Assembly (NCBI GenBank): GCA_963804165.1
Contig: CAWDPO010000010.1
Span: 128,001 to 192,000 of the forward strand
Origin: an uncultured delta proteobacterium
Lineage (GTDB): Bacteria; Desulfobacterota; Binatia; UBA9968
DNA: 64,000 nucleotides
Direction: 5' to 3'
Shown: positions 42,203 to 52,254 of the stretch, piece by piece
How the letters are laid out: the number at the start of each line of letters is the position of its first letter
Position numbering within the stretch: position 1 is the first letter of the stretch
The notes under the pieces: generated by a model
What the model was told of the DNA's origin: nothing
The model's database searches: none
Seen by the model: the letters and a program-made list of their open reading frames with translations, nothing else
Translations under genes and position numbers: made by a program

Positions 42203-42925
42203 GCCAATCCTCCATTCACGGAAATGACCTGTCGAGTGATATAAGCAGCGCCATCCGTCAATAGAAAACTCACTGCCGCTGCAACCTCTTCGGGTTTACC
42301 GACCCGCCGCGCGGGGATCAGCTTGAGCGCTTCGTCCAATGGCACACCGGCGATCATGTCGGTTTCGATCAAGCCTGGCGCGACGCAATTAACCGTAATG
42401 TCGCGCGTTGCCAGCTCCAGAGCCAGCGCCTTGGTGGCGCCGATGATGCCGGCTTTGGCGGCGCTGTAATTGACTTGGCCGCGATTGCCGATCAAACCGG
42501 CGACGGACGCAAGGGTCACAATGCGACCGGGAGCACGCCGACGGACCATCGGCATGATCAGCGGATAGAGCACGTTGTAAAATCCATCCAGATTGGTCTT
42601 CAGCACGCAGTCCCAATCGTCACCGGTCATCGCCGGAAAAACATTGTCGCGGATAACGCCCGCGTTGCACACTACGCCGTAATAGCAATCATGCTGCGCG
42701 ATGTCCTGTTCCAGCAGTGCCGCGGCCTGGGCGCGCTCAGCGATATCGAATTGCAGCACGTGCGCCTCCCGGCCCATCGCGATAATGGACTTGCGCCACG
42801 CCATCGGCCTCGTCGCGTCGACTGCGGCAATGCACCACGATGTCGTAGCCGTCACGCGCGAGCCGTAGCGCGATCGCCTTGCCAATGCCTCTGCTCGAGC
42901 CGGTGACCAACACTCTCTTGCTCAT
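42199..42925 (-). CDS. fabG: 3-oxoacyl-ACP reductase, ApeQ-like (frameshift near 42790)
   Basis: TGSSRGIG, CNAG, NYSAAK and ISVNGG. Confidence 0.85.
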
Positions 42926-43374
42926 GGCCAACTCTCGTCAAAGTTGGCTTCACTGTCTGCGGGCTGAAATACGTTGACGCTGGCGTTGGCGAGCTCTCCA
43001 CTCTCGTCGTCGATGTGACAGTCAAAAGACGCCAAACCGTTGTCACTTTGCAAGACGCGCCTTATGTGAATCTTCAATACGCTGCCCCGCGCGAACAACG
43101 GCCGGTAACTCTCGTAACGCCTCGTGCCAAGCAGAAAGCCAATCTTTACCGGTTCTCCGCGCAGGCGCGCGCGATAGCCCGCATAGGCGCCGATCGCTTG
43201 CGCCATGTATTCTATACCGATCCAGGCGCCGACGCCGCCGTCCGCGTAAAACAAACTATTCGGGCGAATGACCACTTCCGCGCACAGGGTATTTTCATCC
43301 GCCGAGATGACGCGATCAAGCAAGACCATGGTCCCGCTGTGGGGCACCAGCGAGCGAATGTCGGGCATCTCCAT
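42922..43374 (-). CDS. Hotdog-fold dehydratase, ApeP-like
   Basis: LVPHSGTMVLLD, IEYMAQ and GFLLGTR. Confidence 0.85.
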   Translation of the reverse strand: MEMPDIRSLVPHSGTMVLLDRVISADENTLCAEVVIRPNSLFYADGGVGAWIGIEYMAQAIGAYAGYRARLRGEPVKIGFLLGTRRYESYRPLFARGSVLKIHIRRVLQSDNGLASFDCHIDDESGELANASVNVFQPADSEANFDESWP

Positions 43375-43375
43375 G

Positions 43376-44560
43376 TCATTCTCTCCCGAGCACAAGAGTC
43401 GCGTCGGAGCCGCCAAAGGCGAACGAATTGCTGAGTGCCCAGCGTAGTGGATGGCCCAAGCTGGCCCCCGGCTCGGCGATGTTGAGCTCCGGTAAGACCG
43501 GATCGCGCATGCCATCCCATAAATGTGGCGGCAACTTGCCCGTCGGATTTTCGTCCTGCATCGCTAACCAGCAAAGCCCCGCCTCGATCGCCCCGGCCGC
43601 GCCCAATGCATGCCCGGTAAACGGTTTGGTCGAGCTGACCGAAACCGTATCGCCGAACAGCGCGTGCATGATGCGCGTTTCCATGGCATCGTTTTGCATT
43701 GTTGCGGTGCCGTGCAAGTTCACATAGTCGACCTGCGCCGCGCCAATGCCCGCGCGCGACAAAGCACGCTCGACCGCCAAGCGCGCGCCCACGCCGGCCG
43801 GATCCGGGGCCGACATGTGATGGCCGTCGGACGATTCGCCCCAGCCGCGCAAAGACACGGTTGCGGGCTCACGACTCATCAAAAATAATGCAGCCCCTTC
43901 GCCGATATTGATGCCGTCGCGGTTTCGACTGAGCGGATTACAGCGCGTCGCGCTGACCGATTCAAGGGCGGAGAATCCAGCCACCGTAAATGCGCACAAT
44001 GAATCGACACCGCCCGCCAGAGCGGCGTCGCAAACGCCCATCGAGATTAACCGCGCCGCGCTGGCGAGTGCCTTGGCGCTCGACGCGCAGGCGTTGGAAT
44101 GAACGTAGGCCGGACCCGTCGCGCCAATCGCGCGCGCCAGCACAGCCGCCGGCGAGCCCAATTCCTGTTGGCCGTAGTGAAATCGCTCTGGCAACGATCC
44201 ACCCACGACGAGCTCTCGAACGGCGATTTCGCCTTCAGCGATACCGGACGTGCTGGTACCGATCACGACACCGACACGCGCGCCGCCAAAGCGCTCGATG
44301 GCACTCGCCACCGCGGCGTGTATCTGGCTTAGCGCCGCCAGAGCCAGCCGGTTGTTGCGGCTCCGGTCCGGCAACGGCAGCTCTTCGGAATCCGGCAATA
44401 GCCAGGCATCATTCACCCGCCCGAGCGGGAGCCTGCGCCCTGGTGAGTAAACATCCGTCGGCGCCACACCGCTTTGCGCCAGTTCCAACAGGCGCCGTTT
44501 GGTTTCGTCGAGTGTGTTGCCCAGCGGGCTGATCATCCCCAAATGAGTAAGATAAATCAT
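43376..44560 (-). CDS. Aryl-polyene ketosynthase, ApeO-like
   Basis: GTSTSG, NACASSA, GINIGEGAA, NLHGTAT, STKPFTGH and NSFAFGG. Confidence 0.88.
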   Translation of the reverse strand: MIYLTHLGMISPLGNTLDETKRRLLELAQSGVAPTDVYSPGRRLPLGRVNDAWLLPDSEELPLPDRSRNNRLALAALSQIHAAVASAIERFGGARVGVVIGTSTSGIAEGEIAVRELVVGGSLPERFHYGQQELGSPAAVLARAIGATGPAYVHSNACASSAKALASAARLISMGVCDAALAGGVDSLCAFTVAGFSALESVSATRCNPLSRNRDGINIGEGAALFLMSREPATVSLRGWGESSDGHHMSAPDPAGVGARLAVERALSRAGIGAAQVDYVNLHGTATMQNDAMETRIMHALFGDTVSVSSTKPFTGHALGAAGAIEAGLCWLAMQDENPTGKLPPHLWDGMRDPVLPELNIAEPGASLGHPLRWALSNSFAFGGSDATLVLGRE

Positions 44561-44561
44561 T

Positions 44562-45110
44562 TTACGGATCGCTCGATACCGACTCGATCGACAACCGGTA
44601 GTGGTATCGAAGGTTTGCTAGATCAATTTTGCCGCTCCAGCGCGGTTCACCGCTGTAGTCGATCACCATGACCGGCCGATCGTCTAACATCAGTGTGCGA
44701 TGCCGGCCCAGTTCTTCGATGCGCCACCCTGGCGGCAACGCTTGCCGGATGGCGTCGGCAGGCCAGAGCGCCAGCTGCAAATCTTCCAATACATCCTCGC
44801 CGCGAAGCTGCGCCGGCAACATCGGATGGCGCCAGGACTGTAACACTCGGCCATCGTAATGCAGGGAAAGAACCCGTTGGCCAAGCACGAGACCGACCAA
44901 GTCCAATCGTTCAGCATCGACTTCGAGCGCCGCTTGAAGATCCTCGAAGCGCCCCTGCCGTTCCACACGGATCTGCTGCTGCAAGTTGATGGACGCGCCC
45001 AACGTCGCCGGCGCCAACCTCAATCCAAGCCGCGCCGGTTGGGGCGATGTCAGTGCACAAGCCGGGATGATCAGCGCCAACGAAACAAACCCCGCGAGAC
45101 TCCGAATCAC
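44562..45110 (-). CDS. DUF3261 lipoprotein, ApeN-like
   Basis: Lipobox-like IPAC, DLQLALWP and LPPGW; position in the cluster. Confidence 0.75.
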   Translation of the reverse strand: MIRSLAGFVSLALIIPACALTSPQPARLGLRLAPATLGASINLQQQIRVERQGRFEDLQAALEVDAERLDLVGLVLGQRVLSLHYDGRVLQSWRHPMLPAQLRGEDVLEDLQLALWPADAIRQALPPGWRIEELGRHRTLMLDDRPVMVIDYSGEPRWSGKIDLANLRYHYRLSIESVSSDP

Positions 45111-46354
45111 TCCTGGTAACACAGTTCCTCCAATGCCGCCAAACGCCGATGGGTTTCGCGCACGAAGGGATTGGCTTGATCCCACGCGTATCCCGCCAAG
45201 ATCGCCGAGATCATGCGGCGAATTTCCTGCGGTTGTCGGTGACTAAAGATTATCCGCTGAAACCCGCCCCGATACCAGGACTCGACAAAGGCCCGGAAGG
45301 TATCGACGCCCCGTTTCAGCGGCACGGCAAATTCGTGCTCCCAGTCGACGGCTTCACCGCGGAGTTGGCGCACCGCAACGTTTGCAGCGAGAGCGGCAGA
45401 TTTAAACGCGATGGTGACGCCGGAAGAAAAAATCGGATCGAGAAACTCACCGGCGTTGCCGAGCAACGCGTAACCCTTGCCCCACAGCGATCGGACGTCG
45501 CTGGCATAGCCGACGATCTGGCGCGCCGGCATATCCCAGCGCGCTCGGCCGAGCAGCGCGCTGAGCGTCGGTTGTTCATCGATTAGAGCGCGCAGCCGAT
45601 CCGTCGCCTCACCTTGATAGCGCGCCAGAAAATCGCGTTCCGCCACCACCCCGAGCGAGCAGCGGCCGTCACTGAACGGAATCAACCAATACCAGACATC
45701 GTCATGATCGGCGTGGACCGTTACACGTATCTTGTTGCGGTCAAAATCGTCGCTGGTGATAAGATCTTCCACATGGGTGAAAATCGCTCCGCGCACAGGG
45801 AAGCTCGACGGTTTTTCCAACCCGAGCAGACGCGGCAGCACGCGCCCGAAACCGCTCGCATCAAGAATGAAACCGGCGGCAACGATATACTTTCCCCCAC
45901 TCGGCTCTTTCACCGTCACGCAGGGGCGCGCGCCGTCAAGATCCACCGCAACGACTTCATGGCAAAAACGTAGCTCCGCGCCCTGCCGTTCGGCCTCCAG
46001 CGCTAAGATATGATCGAAACGCGCGCGCGGTACCTGGTACGTCGTGCTCCAACCGTCGGAATGCTTGTCGCGAAAATCAAATGCCGTGTATTGCGCGCCG
46101 CGCGCGAAGGCAGCGCCGTTTTTTAATTGAAACCCCGCCTGGTCGACGGCGTTAAGCATGCCTGCCTGCTCCAGGTATTCCATGCTTTGCGGCAGCAGGC
46201 TCTCGCCGATGCTGAAGCGGGGAAATTGTTCGCGCTCAATCACCAGCACTTGCAGGCCGTGCTGCCGCAGCAATGCGGACGCTACCGATCCGGCGGGACC
46301 GGCGCCAACCACCAACACATCGACACGAGTGAAGTTTTCTCTCCTGTAATCCAT
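45107..46354 (-). CDS. FAD-dependent oxidoreductase, flavin-dependent halogenase-like
   Basis: GAGPAG, FPRFSIGESL, DASG, WYWLIP and FLDPIFSSG. Confidence 0.82.
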   Translation of the reverse strand: MDYRRENFTRVDVLVVGAGPAGSVASALLRQHGLQVLVIEREQFPRFSIGESLLPQSMEYLEQAGMLNAVDQAGFQLKNGAAFARGAQYTAFDFRDKHSDGWSTTYQVPRARFDHILALEAERQGAELRFCHEVVAVDLDGARPCVTVKEPSGGKYIVAAGFILDASGFGRVLPRLLGLEKPSSFPVRGAIFTHVEDLITSDDFDRNKIRVTVHADHDDVWYWLIPFSDGRCSLGVVAERDFLARYQGEATDRLRALIDEQPTLSALLGRARWDMPARQIVGYASDVRSLWGKGYALLGNAGEFLDPIFSSGVTIAFKSAALAANVAVRQLRGEAVDWEHEFAVPLKRGVDTFRAFVESWYRGGFQRIIFSHRQPQEIRRMISAILAGYAWDQANPFVRETHRRLAALEELCYQE

Positions 46355-46359
46355 AGCGA

Positions 46360-48723
46360 TTATAGTCCTCGCGGTGTTTTTTCCGCCGGATGGTGATCAA
46401 AACAAGGAACGATCAACCACACCACGGTAGTGCCGATTAGCATGGTCACTCCGAATGCCTGTAGCGCCGGAGTCTTACTTAGACTTAGCAAGCCAAAGGA
46501 AAGCAACGTGCTCAACGCGGAGAGAACCACGGCAAGCCACGCAATGGGGTCGCGACGGACACCATGCTCCTGGAGAAAAATCCCATAGTCGACGCCGACT
46601 CCGAGGATCAGCATCAGCGCCAAGATGTGAAACAACTGCAAACTCTGTCCGGCGATACCCAAGAGCGCGAGTGTGGCGATACTGGCCAGCGCCGTCGGTG
46701 CCAGCACCCGCCAGGTGGCGCCGCGATAGCGCGGGTACAACAAGCCATATATCGCGATGTATGAGAACGCGACCACCCAACCCATATATTGCCGATAGCG
46801 TCCGAGCACCGTCGAGATCGCGCCCACTGTATCCACCCAACGCACGCCATCGAGTCCCGCCGCGGCATCTTCCAAGATCGGCAAGCCCGCCTTGCTCAAA
46901 CCTGTCACGGCGACGATGCTTGCGTAACCGACGTCCACTTGGCCGATCCAAAGATAACGCCACGGCTCACTGGTCGGAGCTTTCAGAAAATCGTCAAGGC
47001 CGAGCGGCGATGCTGATGTCCGGAGACGCTCCCGGGTAGCAGTCACCCATTGATCGTCTTCGCCAATCCGCGCAGCCAGGAAAGCCAACGGTCCGCCGTC
47101 GTTGAGAACTTTCTGCTCGATCAGCTGAATTCGCGCGGCCTGCGTACGCGAAGAAGGTACCCAGTTCGATATCGCGTGATAGCCGCTGATGAGGCGCTTT
47201 TCAATCAGCGGATCGAGCCTCTGCTTGAGCGCTTCCTCGCGCTCCAGCACGGCCTCGGCCGTGGCGCCGCGCACTAAATAGAACTGCGCGGGCGTCGGCA
47301 GGTCGAGCAACTTGGTCAGTTTGATTTGATCATCGACCAAACTCTTGGACGGATTCTGCAACAACCGTATGTCATCGCTGATCCCAAGTCGTGACCAGCC
47401 GAAAATCGCCAGCGCCGCGAACAACGTCGCCGCGACGAGCGTCCGTCGATCACGTCCCAATAACGGCCAGCGCGCCAGGGAACCCACGTACCAGTCCGCG
47501 AGTCGGATTTTCCTCAAAGTGTCCGAGCGAACCAGCAAGGGAAACCAAAAAACCACGGTCAACCATGCGAATACTAGCCCGAGCGCGGAAAATACCGCGA
47601 TCTGCCGCAATCCCGGAAATGGCGTAAGCGCCAAGCCCATGTAACCGACGACGGTCGTGATCAACGTGAGCAGCAGGGCCGGTAGCAAGCGCCGCAACAA
47701 TTGCCAGGAATCGAGCTGCGCATCGGCGGCAACCCGATTGCACAGAAAATAGATCCCATAATCTTGGGCTCCGCCGATGAGACTGGCGCCAAATACCAAG
47801 CTCAACAAATGCAGCCGATCGAACAACCACCAGGACACGGACAACGCGCCCAAGCAACCGACGGCGATCGACAGCATCACTAACGCGATGGGCTTGAGGG
47901 AGTGAAACGCCAGCCAAATCAAGAGTACGATACCAAGAGTCGAGCCGAAACCGATGATGGACAATTCCCATCTCGCCTGTTCGCCGGCGGCGGCGGCATG
48001 CACGATCACACCCGCAACCACCACGTCGACCTGGGGCACAATCTCTTGCGCGGTGTGTCGGGCCTGCTCAAGCAGCGACATAACGGCCTGCTGCGCCGCC
48101 AAAGAAAAAGCGGGGACGCGTAACGTGATCGGCAGCACCACATATTCGCGCCGCCCGTCGCCGACATAGAGTCGGGCGTCGCGCGGTCTAACGGGCGTTT
48201 CCCGCGCGCGCGCCTGCACCCAAGCGCTGAACAAACCAAACGGATCGTCCTGCCAAGTAACCGGGTTGACTCCGGCGAACGGGCTATAGAGCTTAGTCAA
48301 TGCCACGTCGACCCAATGGTCTTTACCTTGATCGCGTAATGCCGCCTCGTCCTGTGCTGTGAGTAAAACCCCACGATGCTGTAGGTACTGCGCTAATCCG
48401 TCAGACAGCGTTTGATCCGTCACGCGCTCGTTCAATTGCATGAGATCATCGCGGGGCTTGAGCACGGCTCGGTAGGCGTCCGCGGCGCGCTTCGCCGCCG
48501 CCCAATCATCGGCGCCGACAACCACGATCAACTGTTGTTGCGCCGCCTCGGCCATGCGCGAGAAAGCTTGCTGGAGCACGGGATCGTGTTGTTGCGCCGG
48601 CAGGAGAGCGAGAATATCGGTGTCGGGCGCGGTCTGCTGAACCAGCCATAGGTACGCATTGTGCGCCAAGAACAGGCAGACGACCAATCCCCAGAAACCT
48701 GCGAGCAGGTTGCGGCGCTTCAA
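46360..48723 (-). CDS. MMPL/RND-like exporter, ApeM-like
   Basis: Two TM blocks, DPFGLF, GVGVDYGIF and SFGLLSLS. Confidence 0.85.
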   Translation of the reverse strand: MKRRNLLAGFWGLVVCLFLAHNAYLWLVQQTAPDTDILALLPAQQHDPVLQQAFSRMAEAAQQQLIVVVGADDWAAAKRAADAYRAVLKPRDDLMQLNERVTDQTLSDGLAQYLQHRGVLLTAQDEAALRDQGKDHWVDVALTKLYSPFAGVNPVTWQDDPFGLFSAWVQARARETPVRPRDARLYVGDGRREYVVLPITLRVPAFSLAAQQAVMSLLEQARHTAQEIVPQVDVVVAGVIVHAAAAGEQARWELSIIGFGSTLGIVLLIWLAFHSLKPIALVMLSIAVGCLGALSVSWWLFDRLHLLSLVFGASLIGGAQDYGIYFLCNRVAADAQLDSWQLLRRLLPALLLTLITTVVGYMGLALTPFPGLRQIAVFSALGLVFAWLTVVFWFPLLVRSDTLRKIRLADWYVGSLARWPLLGRDRRTLVAATLFAALAIFGWSRLGISDDIRLLQNPSKSLVDDQIKLTKLLDLPTPAQFYLVRGATAEAVLEREEALKQRLDPLIEKRLISGYHAISNWVPSSRTQAARIQLIEQKVLNDGGPLAFLAARIGEDDQWVTATRERLRTSASPLGLDDFLKAPTSEPWRYLWIGQVDVGYASIVAVTGLSKAGLPILEDAAAGLDGVRWVDTVGAISTVLGRYRQYMGWVVAFSYIAIYGLLYPRYRGATWRVLAPTALASIATLALLGIAGQSLQLFHILALMLILGVGVDYGIFLQEHGVRRDPIAWLAVVLSALSTLLSFGLLSLSKTPALQAFGVTMLIGTTVVWLIVPCFDHHPAEKTPRGL

Positions 48724-49322
48724 AACAAAGCCGCCTCATCAGCCGTCATGGCGTCTGTGCCGCTCTGGAGTCCCGAGAATACGATGCTGGTGCGGTCGCC
48801 GCTCGCATGATCAATGGTAATGTTCTTGACATATTCGCCGCCGTCTAAGGCAATTTTGCCGATCGCCTTGGCCACCGCGGGCTCACGCGCATTCAGCGTC
48901 ACGTTCCAACTATTTTGATAAACACTGCCGTCGATTTCGAATAGTTTTTCGAGCTCGCCGAGATTACCGGCCAGCAAAGCGAACATTACCTGATTGATGA
49001 TGCGCACCGTCGGTTCCTCTTTTGCGTTAAGGCGAAAGGCCACCCGCTCGCCTTGGAGTTGAACGATTTCATCGCGAGTAAGCCGCACGGTGTTGGGAAA
49101 CGGCTGCAAGCTGCGCCACAGCACGCCCTTGTCGGCAACGACGCAGAAACGGCCACTCGATTTCACCGGTTTCTTTAATCCAACCAGCTGCTTATTCTGA
49201 TCGAAGCGGCCGCACAGGACTTTGGGCCTCGCCAATAATTCTTGAATTTTTGCCACGGGTGTGGCCCCTAGCAGCACGAACGAAGACAGGATCGCGCACC
49301 AGGGCAAGACCCCGCGCATCAT
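48720..49322 (-). CDS. LolA-like carrier protein, ApeL-like
   Basis: GRFDQNK, SSGRF, GVLWRSLQPFP and GDRTSIVF. Confidence 0.8.
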   Translation of the reverse strand: MMRGVLPWCAILSSFVLLGATPVAKIQELLARPKVLCGRFDQNKQLVGLKKPVKSSGRFCVVADKGVLWRSLQPFPNTVRLTRDEIVQLQGERVAFRLNAKEEPTVRIINQVMFALLAGNLGELEKLFEIDGSVYQNSWNVTLNAREPAVAKAIGKIALDGGEYVKNITIDHASGDRTSIVFSGLQSGTDAMTADEAALF

Positions 49323-49747
49323 GATGGCGCAACTCCCAACTTTTCGAACAAAACGGCGGGTGAAACAAAGCACATCGTCTGAGTCGCAATCTCCACGGCG
49401 ACCTGGATCGTGGTGGCGCGGCTGAGACGGCGCCCGGTGATCGCATCGGAGATCAGATAAGCGATCCTCAGGCGATTTTCCCACTCGACAATTTCCGCGC
49501 GCAGCCTGAGGCGCTGGCCGTAAGCCGCCGGCGCGATATAGCGCAGGTGCATATCGATCACCGGCCAAACGTAACCTGAAGCTTTCATCTGGTTGTAGTT
49601 GTAATCGATGGTGTCGAGCAAGACGCCGCGAACGATTTCCAAATATTTGACATAGTGGCCATGCCAAACGATCGCCATCGGATCGAGATCGAAAAACTCC
49701 ACGCGTGTTTCGGTTTCCGCGTGCCAGCGCTCAGATGCCTTGTTCAT
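49319..49747 (-). CDS. Acyl-CoA thioesterase (4HBT family), ApeK-like
   Basis: FFDLDPMAIVWHGHYVKYLE and QVAV. Confidence 0.85.
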   Translation of the reverse strand: MNKASERWHAETETRVEFFDLDPMAIVWHGHYVKYLEIVRGVLLDTIDYNYNQMKASGYVWPVIDMHLRYIAPAAYGQRLRLRAEIVEWENRLRIAYLISDAITGRRLSRATTIQVAVEIATQTMCFVSPAVLFEKLGVAPS

Positions 49748-51305
49748 AGATTTTCCAGGAGCGTTTGCGGATACGCTCCAGGAGTAAGCGCAGATCCGGC
49801 TCCAGACGACGATCTTCGCCGACCACGGCAATATCGCCGCTCAGTGCGTCGAGCATTTTTTGCAGTCCCGGCTGCGGCGCCACGGTCGGGCTAATTCGGC
49901 GGCGCAGCCAAACACCCTGGTGCACCGTAATCAGCAACGCGGCGGCGACCTGCTCGCTCAACTCAAGAACGCGCAAGCAATCGCGCGCGGCGATGGTGCC
50001 CATACTCACTTTGTCTTGGTTATGACATTCGGTGGAACGCGAGAACACCGAGGCAGGCATCGTCAACTTGAGCGCCTCGGCGCACCACGCCGAAGCGCTG
50101 ATCTGGAGCGCCTTGAGGCCGTGATTGATGGCCTGGCGCGGCCCTTCCACGCCGGTCAAATTGGCCGGCAAACCGTTACTGTACCGGCTGTCCACGAGCA
50201 ACGCCATTTGCCGGTCGAGCAGATCCGCCAGGTTGGCCACGGCGTTCTTCATGCTATCCATGGCAAAGGCGATATGACCGCCGTAAAAATGGCCGCCGTG
50301 TAAAACCCGCTCATTCATGGCATCGATGATCGGGTTATCGGTGGCGCTGTTGAGCTCATTTTCGATAAACTCGCGCAGCCAGGGGAGCGCGTCGGCGAGC
50401 ACGCCGATGACGTGCGGGGCGCAACGAATCGAATAGCGGTCCTGCAAGCGTTTGCCGTTCAGCGGCGCGCCCTCGCTCGACAGATCTTCGCGCAGCCACG
50501 CGGCGACGCGTTGCTGGCCGCGATGGGTCTTTACGGAAAAAAGCGTCTCGTCGAAATGCTCGGCGTTGCCATCGAGAGCAAAGGATGCCAAGCCGGTGAT
50601 CCGGGTCGCCAATCGCATGAGATATTCCGCGCGCGAGTACGCCAAACATGCCAGCGCCGTCATCACCGCGGTGCCGTTCATAATCGCCAGCGCTTCTTTG
50701 GGCCGCAACCGCAGGGGGATTATTCCGGCTTGCGCTAACGCCGGCCCGGCGGGGGCTGCCTCACCGTCGCGCCACACTTCGCCCTCGCCGCACAAGACGG
50801 CGGCGAGATAGGACAGTGGCGTGAGGTCGCCACTGGCGCCGACCGAACCCTCGGAGGGTATCCGCGGCAACAGATCGCAGCGCAGCAGATGAATCATCTG
50901 CTCGAGCAATGCCACGCTGACGCCGGAAAATCCCTTGCAGAGTGACGCCAGTCGGGTCGCGATAATCGCGCGAGTTTCCGCCGGACCGAAACATTCACCC
51001 AAGCCGCAGCCGTGAAAGGTGTAGAGATGCCGCGGCAGCTCGGCGACCAATTCCGGCTGGACCGTCACGGTGCAAGAGTCGCCGTAGCCGGTGGTCACGC
51101 CGTAGATCGAGCCGTCCGCGGACAGTAGCCGGTCGATAAAATCCGCGCCACGCGCGATCGACGCGCGAAATTCCGGCGCATCGGACAGGACCGCCGAGGC
51201 CGATCTCTCGGCGATATCGACGATATTCTCGATCGTCAGTCGGTCCGTGTCGAAACGGACGGCGGCGCGGCCCTTGCCAGTGTCAGTGGGGTGCATGGGA
51301 TCCAT
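49731..51305 (-). CDS. MIO-dependent aromatic amino acid ammonia-lyase (HAL/PAL/TAL family)
   Basis: IYGVTTGYG, GSVGASGDL (ASG/MIO), QDRYSIRC, DNP and HNQDKVSMG. Confidence 0.9.
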   Translation of the reverse strand: MDPMHPTDTGKGRAAVRFDTDRLTIENIVDIAERSASAVLSDAPEFRASIARGADFIDRLLSADGSIYGVTTGYGDSCTVTVQPELVAELPRHLYTFHGCGLGECFGPAETRAIIATRLASLCKGFSGVSVALLEQMIHLLRCDLLPRIPSEGSVGASGDLTPLSYLAAVLCGEGEVWRDGEAAPAGPALAQAGIIPLRLRPKEALAIMNGTAVMTALACLAYSRAEYLMRLATRITGLASFALDGNAEHFDETLFSVKTHRGQQRVAAWLREDLSSEGAPLNGKRLQDRYSIRCAPHVIGVLADALPWLREFIENELNSATDNPIIDAMNERVLHGGHFYGGHIAFAMDSMKNAVANLADLLDRQMALLVDSRYSNGLPANLTGVEGPRQAINHGLKALQISASAWCAEALKLTMPASVFSRSTECHNQDKVSMGTIAARDCLRVLELSEQVAAALLITVHQGVWLRRRISPTVAPQPGLQKMLDALSGDIAVVGEDRRLEPDLRLLLERIRKRSWKIYEQGI

Positions 51306-52254
51306 CCGTGTTCGGCGCGCTCCAAAAATCGTAGAAATTAAACCACTGTAGGGGCGCACGCTGGCAGAAATATTCCAAGCGCGTCGCATAATCCGCAACA
51401 TAGGCCGCGAGCGCTTCGTCGCGGCTCCGGCGCGGCAGCTGAATCGATTCGCGAAATAGCTCGAAGTGAATCTCCGAGCCGCCTGCAGCGCGAAGCGAAA
51501 ATAGCAGATATACGGGACATTGAAACAAATTGGCGAGAACGTAGGGACCGACCGGAAACGGCGCCATGGCGCCGAGAAATTTTGCCACGGCGATTCGAGG
51601 ATGCGCCGACACTGGAATGCGATCACCAGCGATCGCGACGAATTCTCCCCGGCTGATTTTTTCGGCCAGTAGCATCGCCGCCGCCGGCGTCAGCTCGGTG
51701 ACCTGCATCAAATTGAGCTGACTGTCGGGATCGAGCCGGGCCAACAATTGGTTGAACCTTGCCGCGTGCTTGGTGTGTAACAGCACGGTCAATTTCAGCC
51801 CGGCCTGGCGCCGCGACAAGACCCGGCATAATTCCAAATTGCCAAGATGACAACAAATCAGCAACCCGCCGCGACGCCTGGCGATTTGCCCGGCGATGAG
51901 ATCCAGGCCGTCAAATTTCACCGAGTCCGTGTCGAACAAGCCGCCCCACAGCAGCATTTTATCGAGAATACTCTCGCCGAACGCGGCGAAATGGCGCAAC
52001 TTCCCGGGCACACCCGGTCCAAGTCCCCGCGAGCGGTTAAACGCAGAAAGCCGGCGCAGGTAATCGCGCGACGCCCTGCGAGCCGCGGGTTTAGCGATCA
52101 TGTACCAGAGCAAAACGGGGTAAAGCACGATTCGGAATGGCCAACGGCCGAAAACCCGCGCGAGCCAGTACAACAGTCGCATGCCCGCGACGAAGCTGAA
52201 TTCATTTATTTGCGACCAGTGTTGAGCGCGGCTCGCCGCAACTGGCGGATTCAT
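51283..52254 (-). CDS. LpxL/HtrB-like acyltransferase (ApeJ C-terminal-like)
   Basis: HLGNLE, AGDR, FPVGP and PLQWFNFYDFW. Confidence 0.82.
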   Translation of the reverse strand: MNPPVAASRAQHWSQINEFSFVAGMRLLYWLARVFGRWPFRIVLYPVLLWYMIAKPAARRASRDYLRRLSAFNRSRGLGPGVPGKLRHFAAFGESILDKMLLWGGLFDTDSVKFDGLDLIAGQIARRRGGLLICCHLGNLELCRVLSRRQAGLKLTVLLHTKHAARFNQLLARLDPDSQLNLMQVTELTPAAAMLLAEKISRGEFVAIAGDRIPVSAHPRIAVAKFLGAMAPFPVGPYVLANLFQCPVYLLFSLRAAGGSEIHFELFRESIQLPRRSRDEALAAYVADYATRLEYFCQRAPLQWFNFYDFWSAPNTDGSHAPH

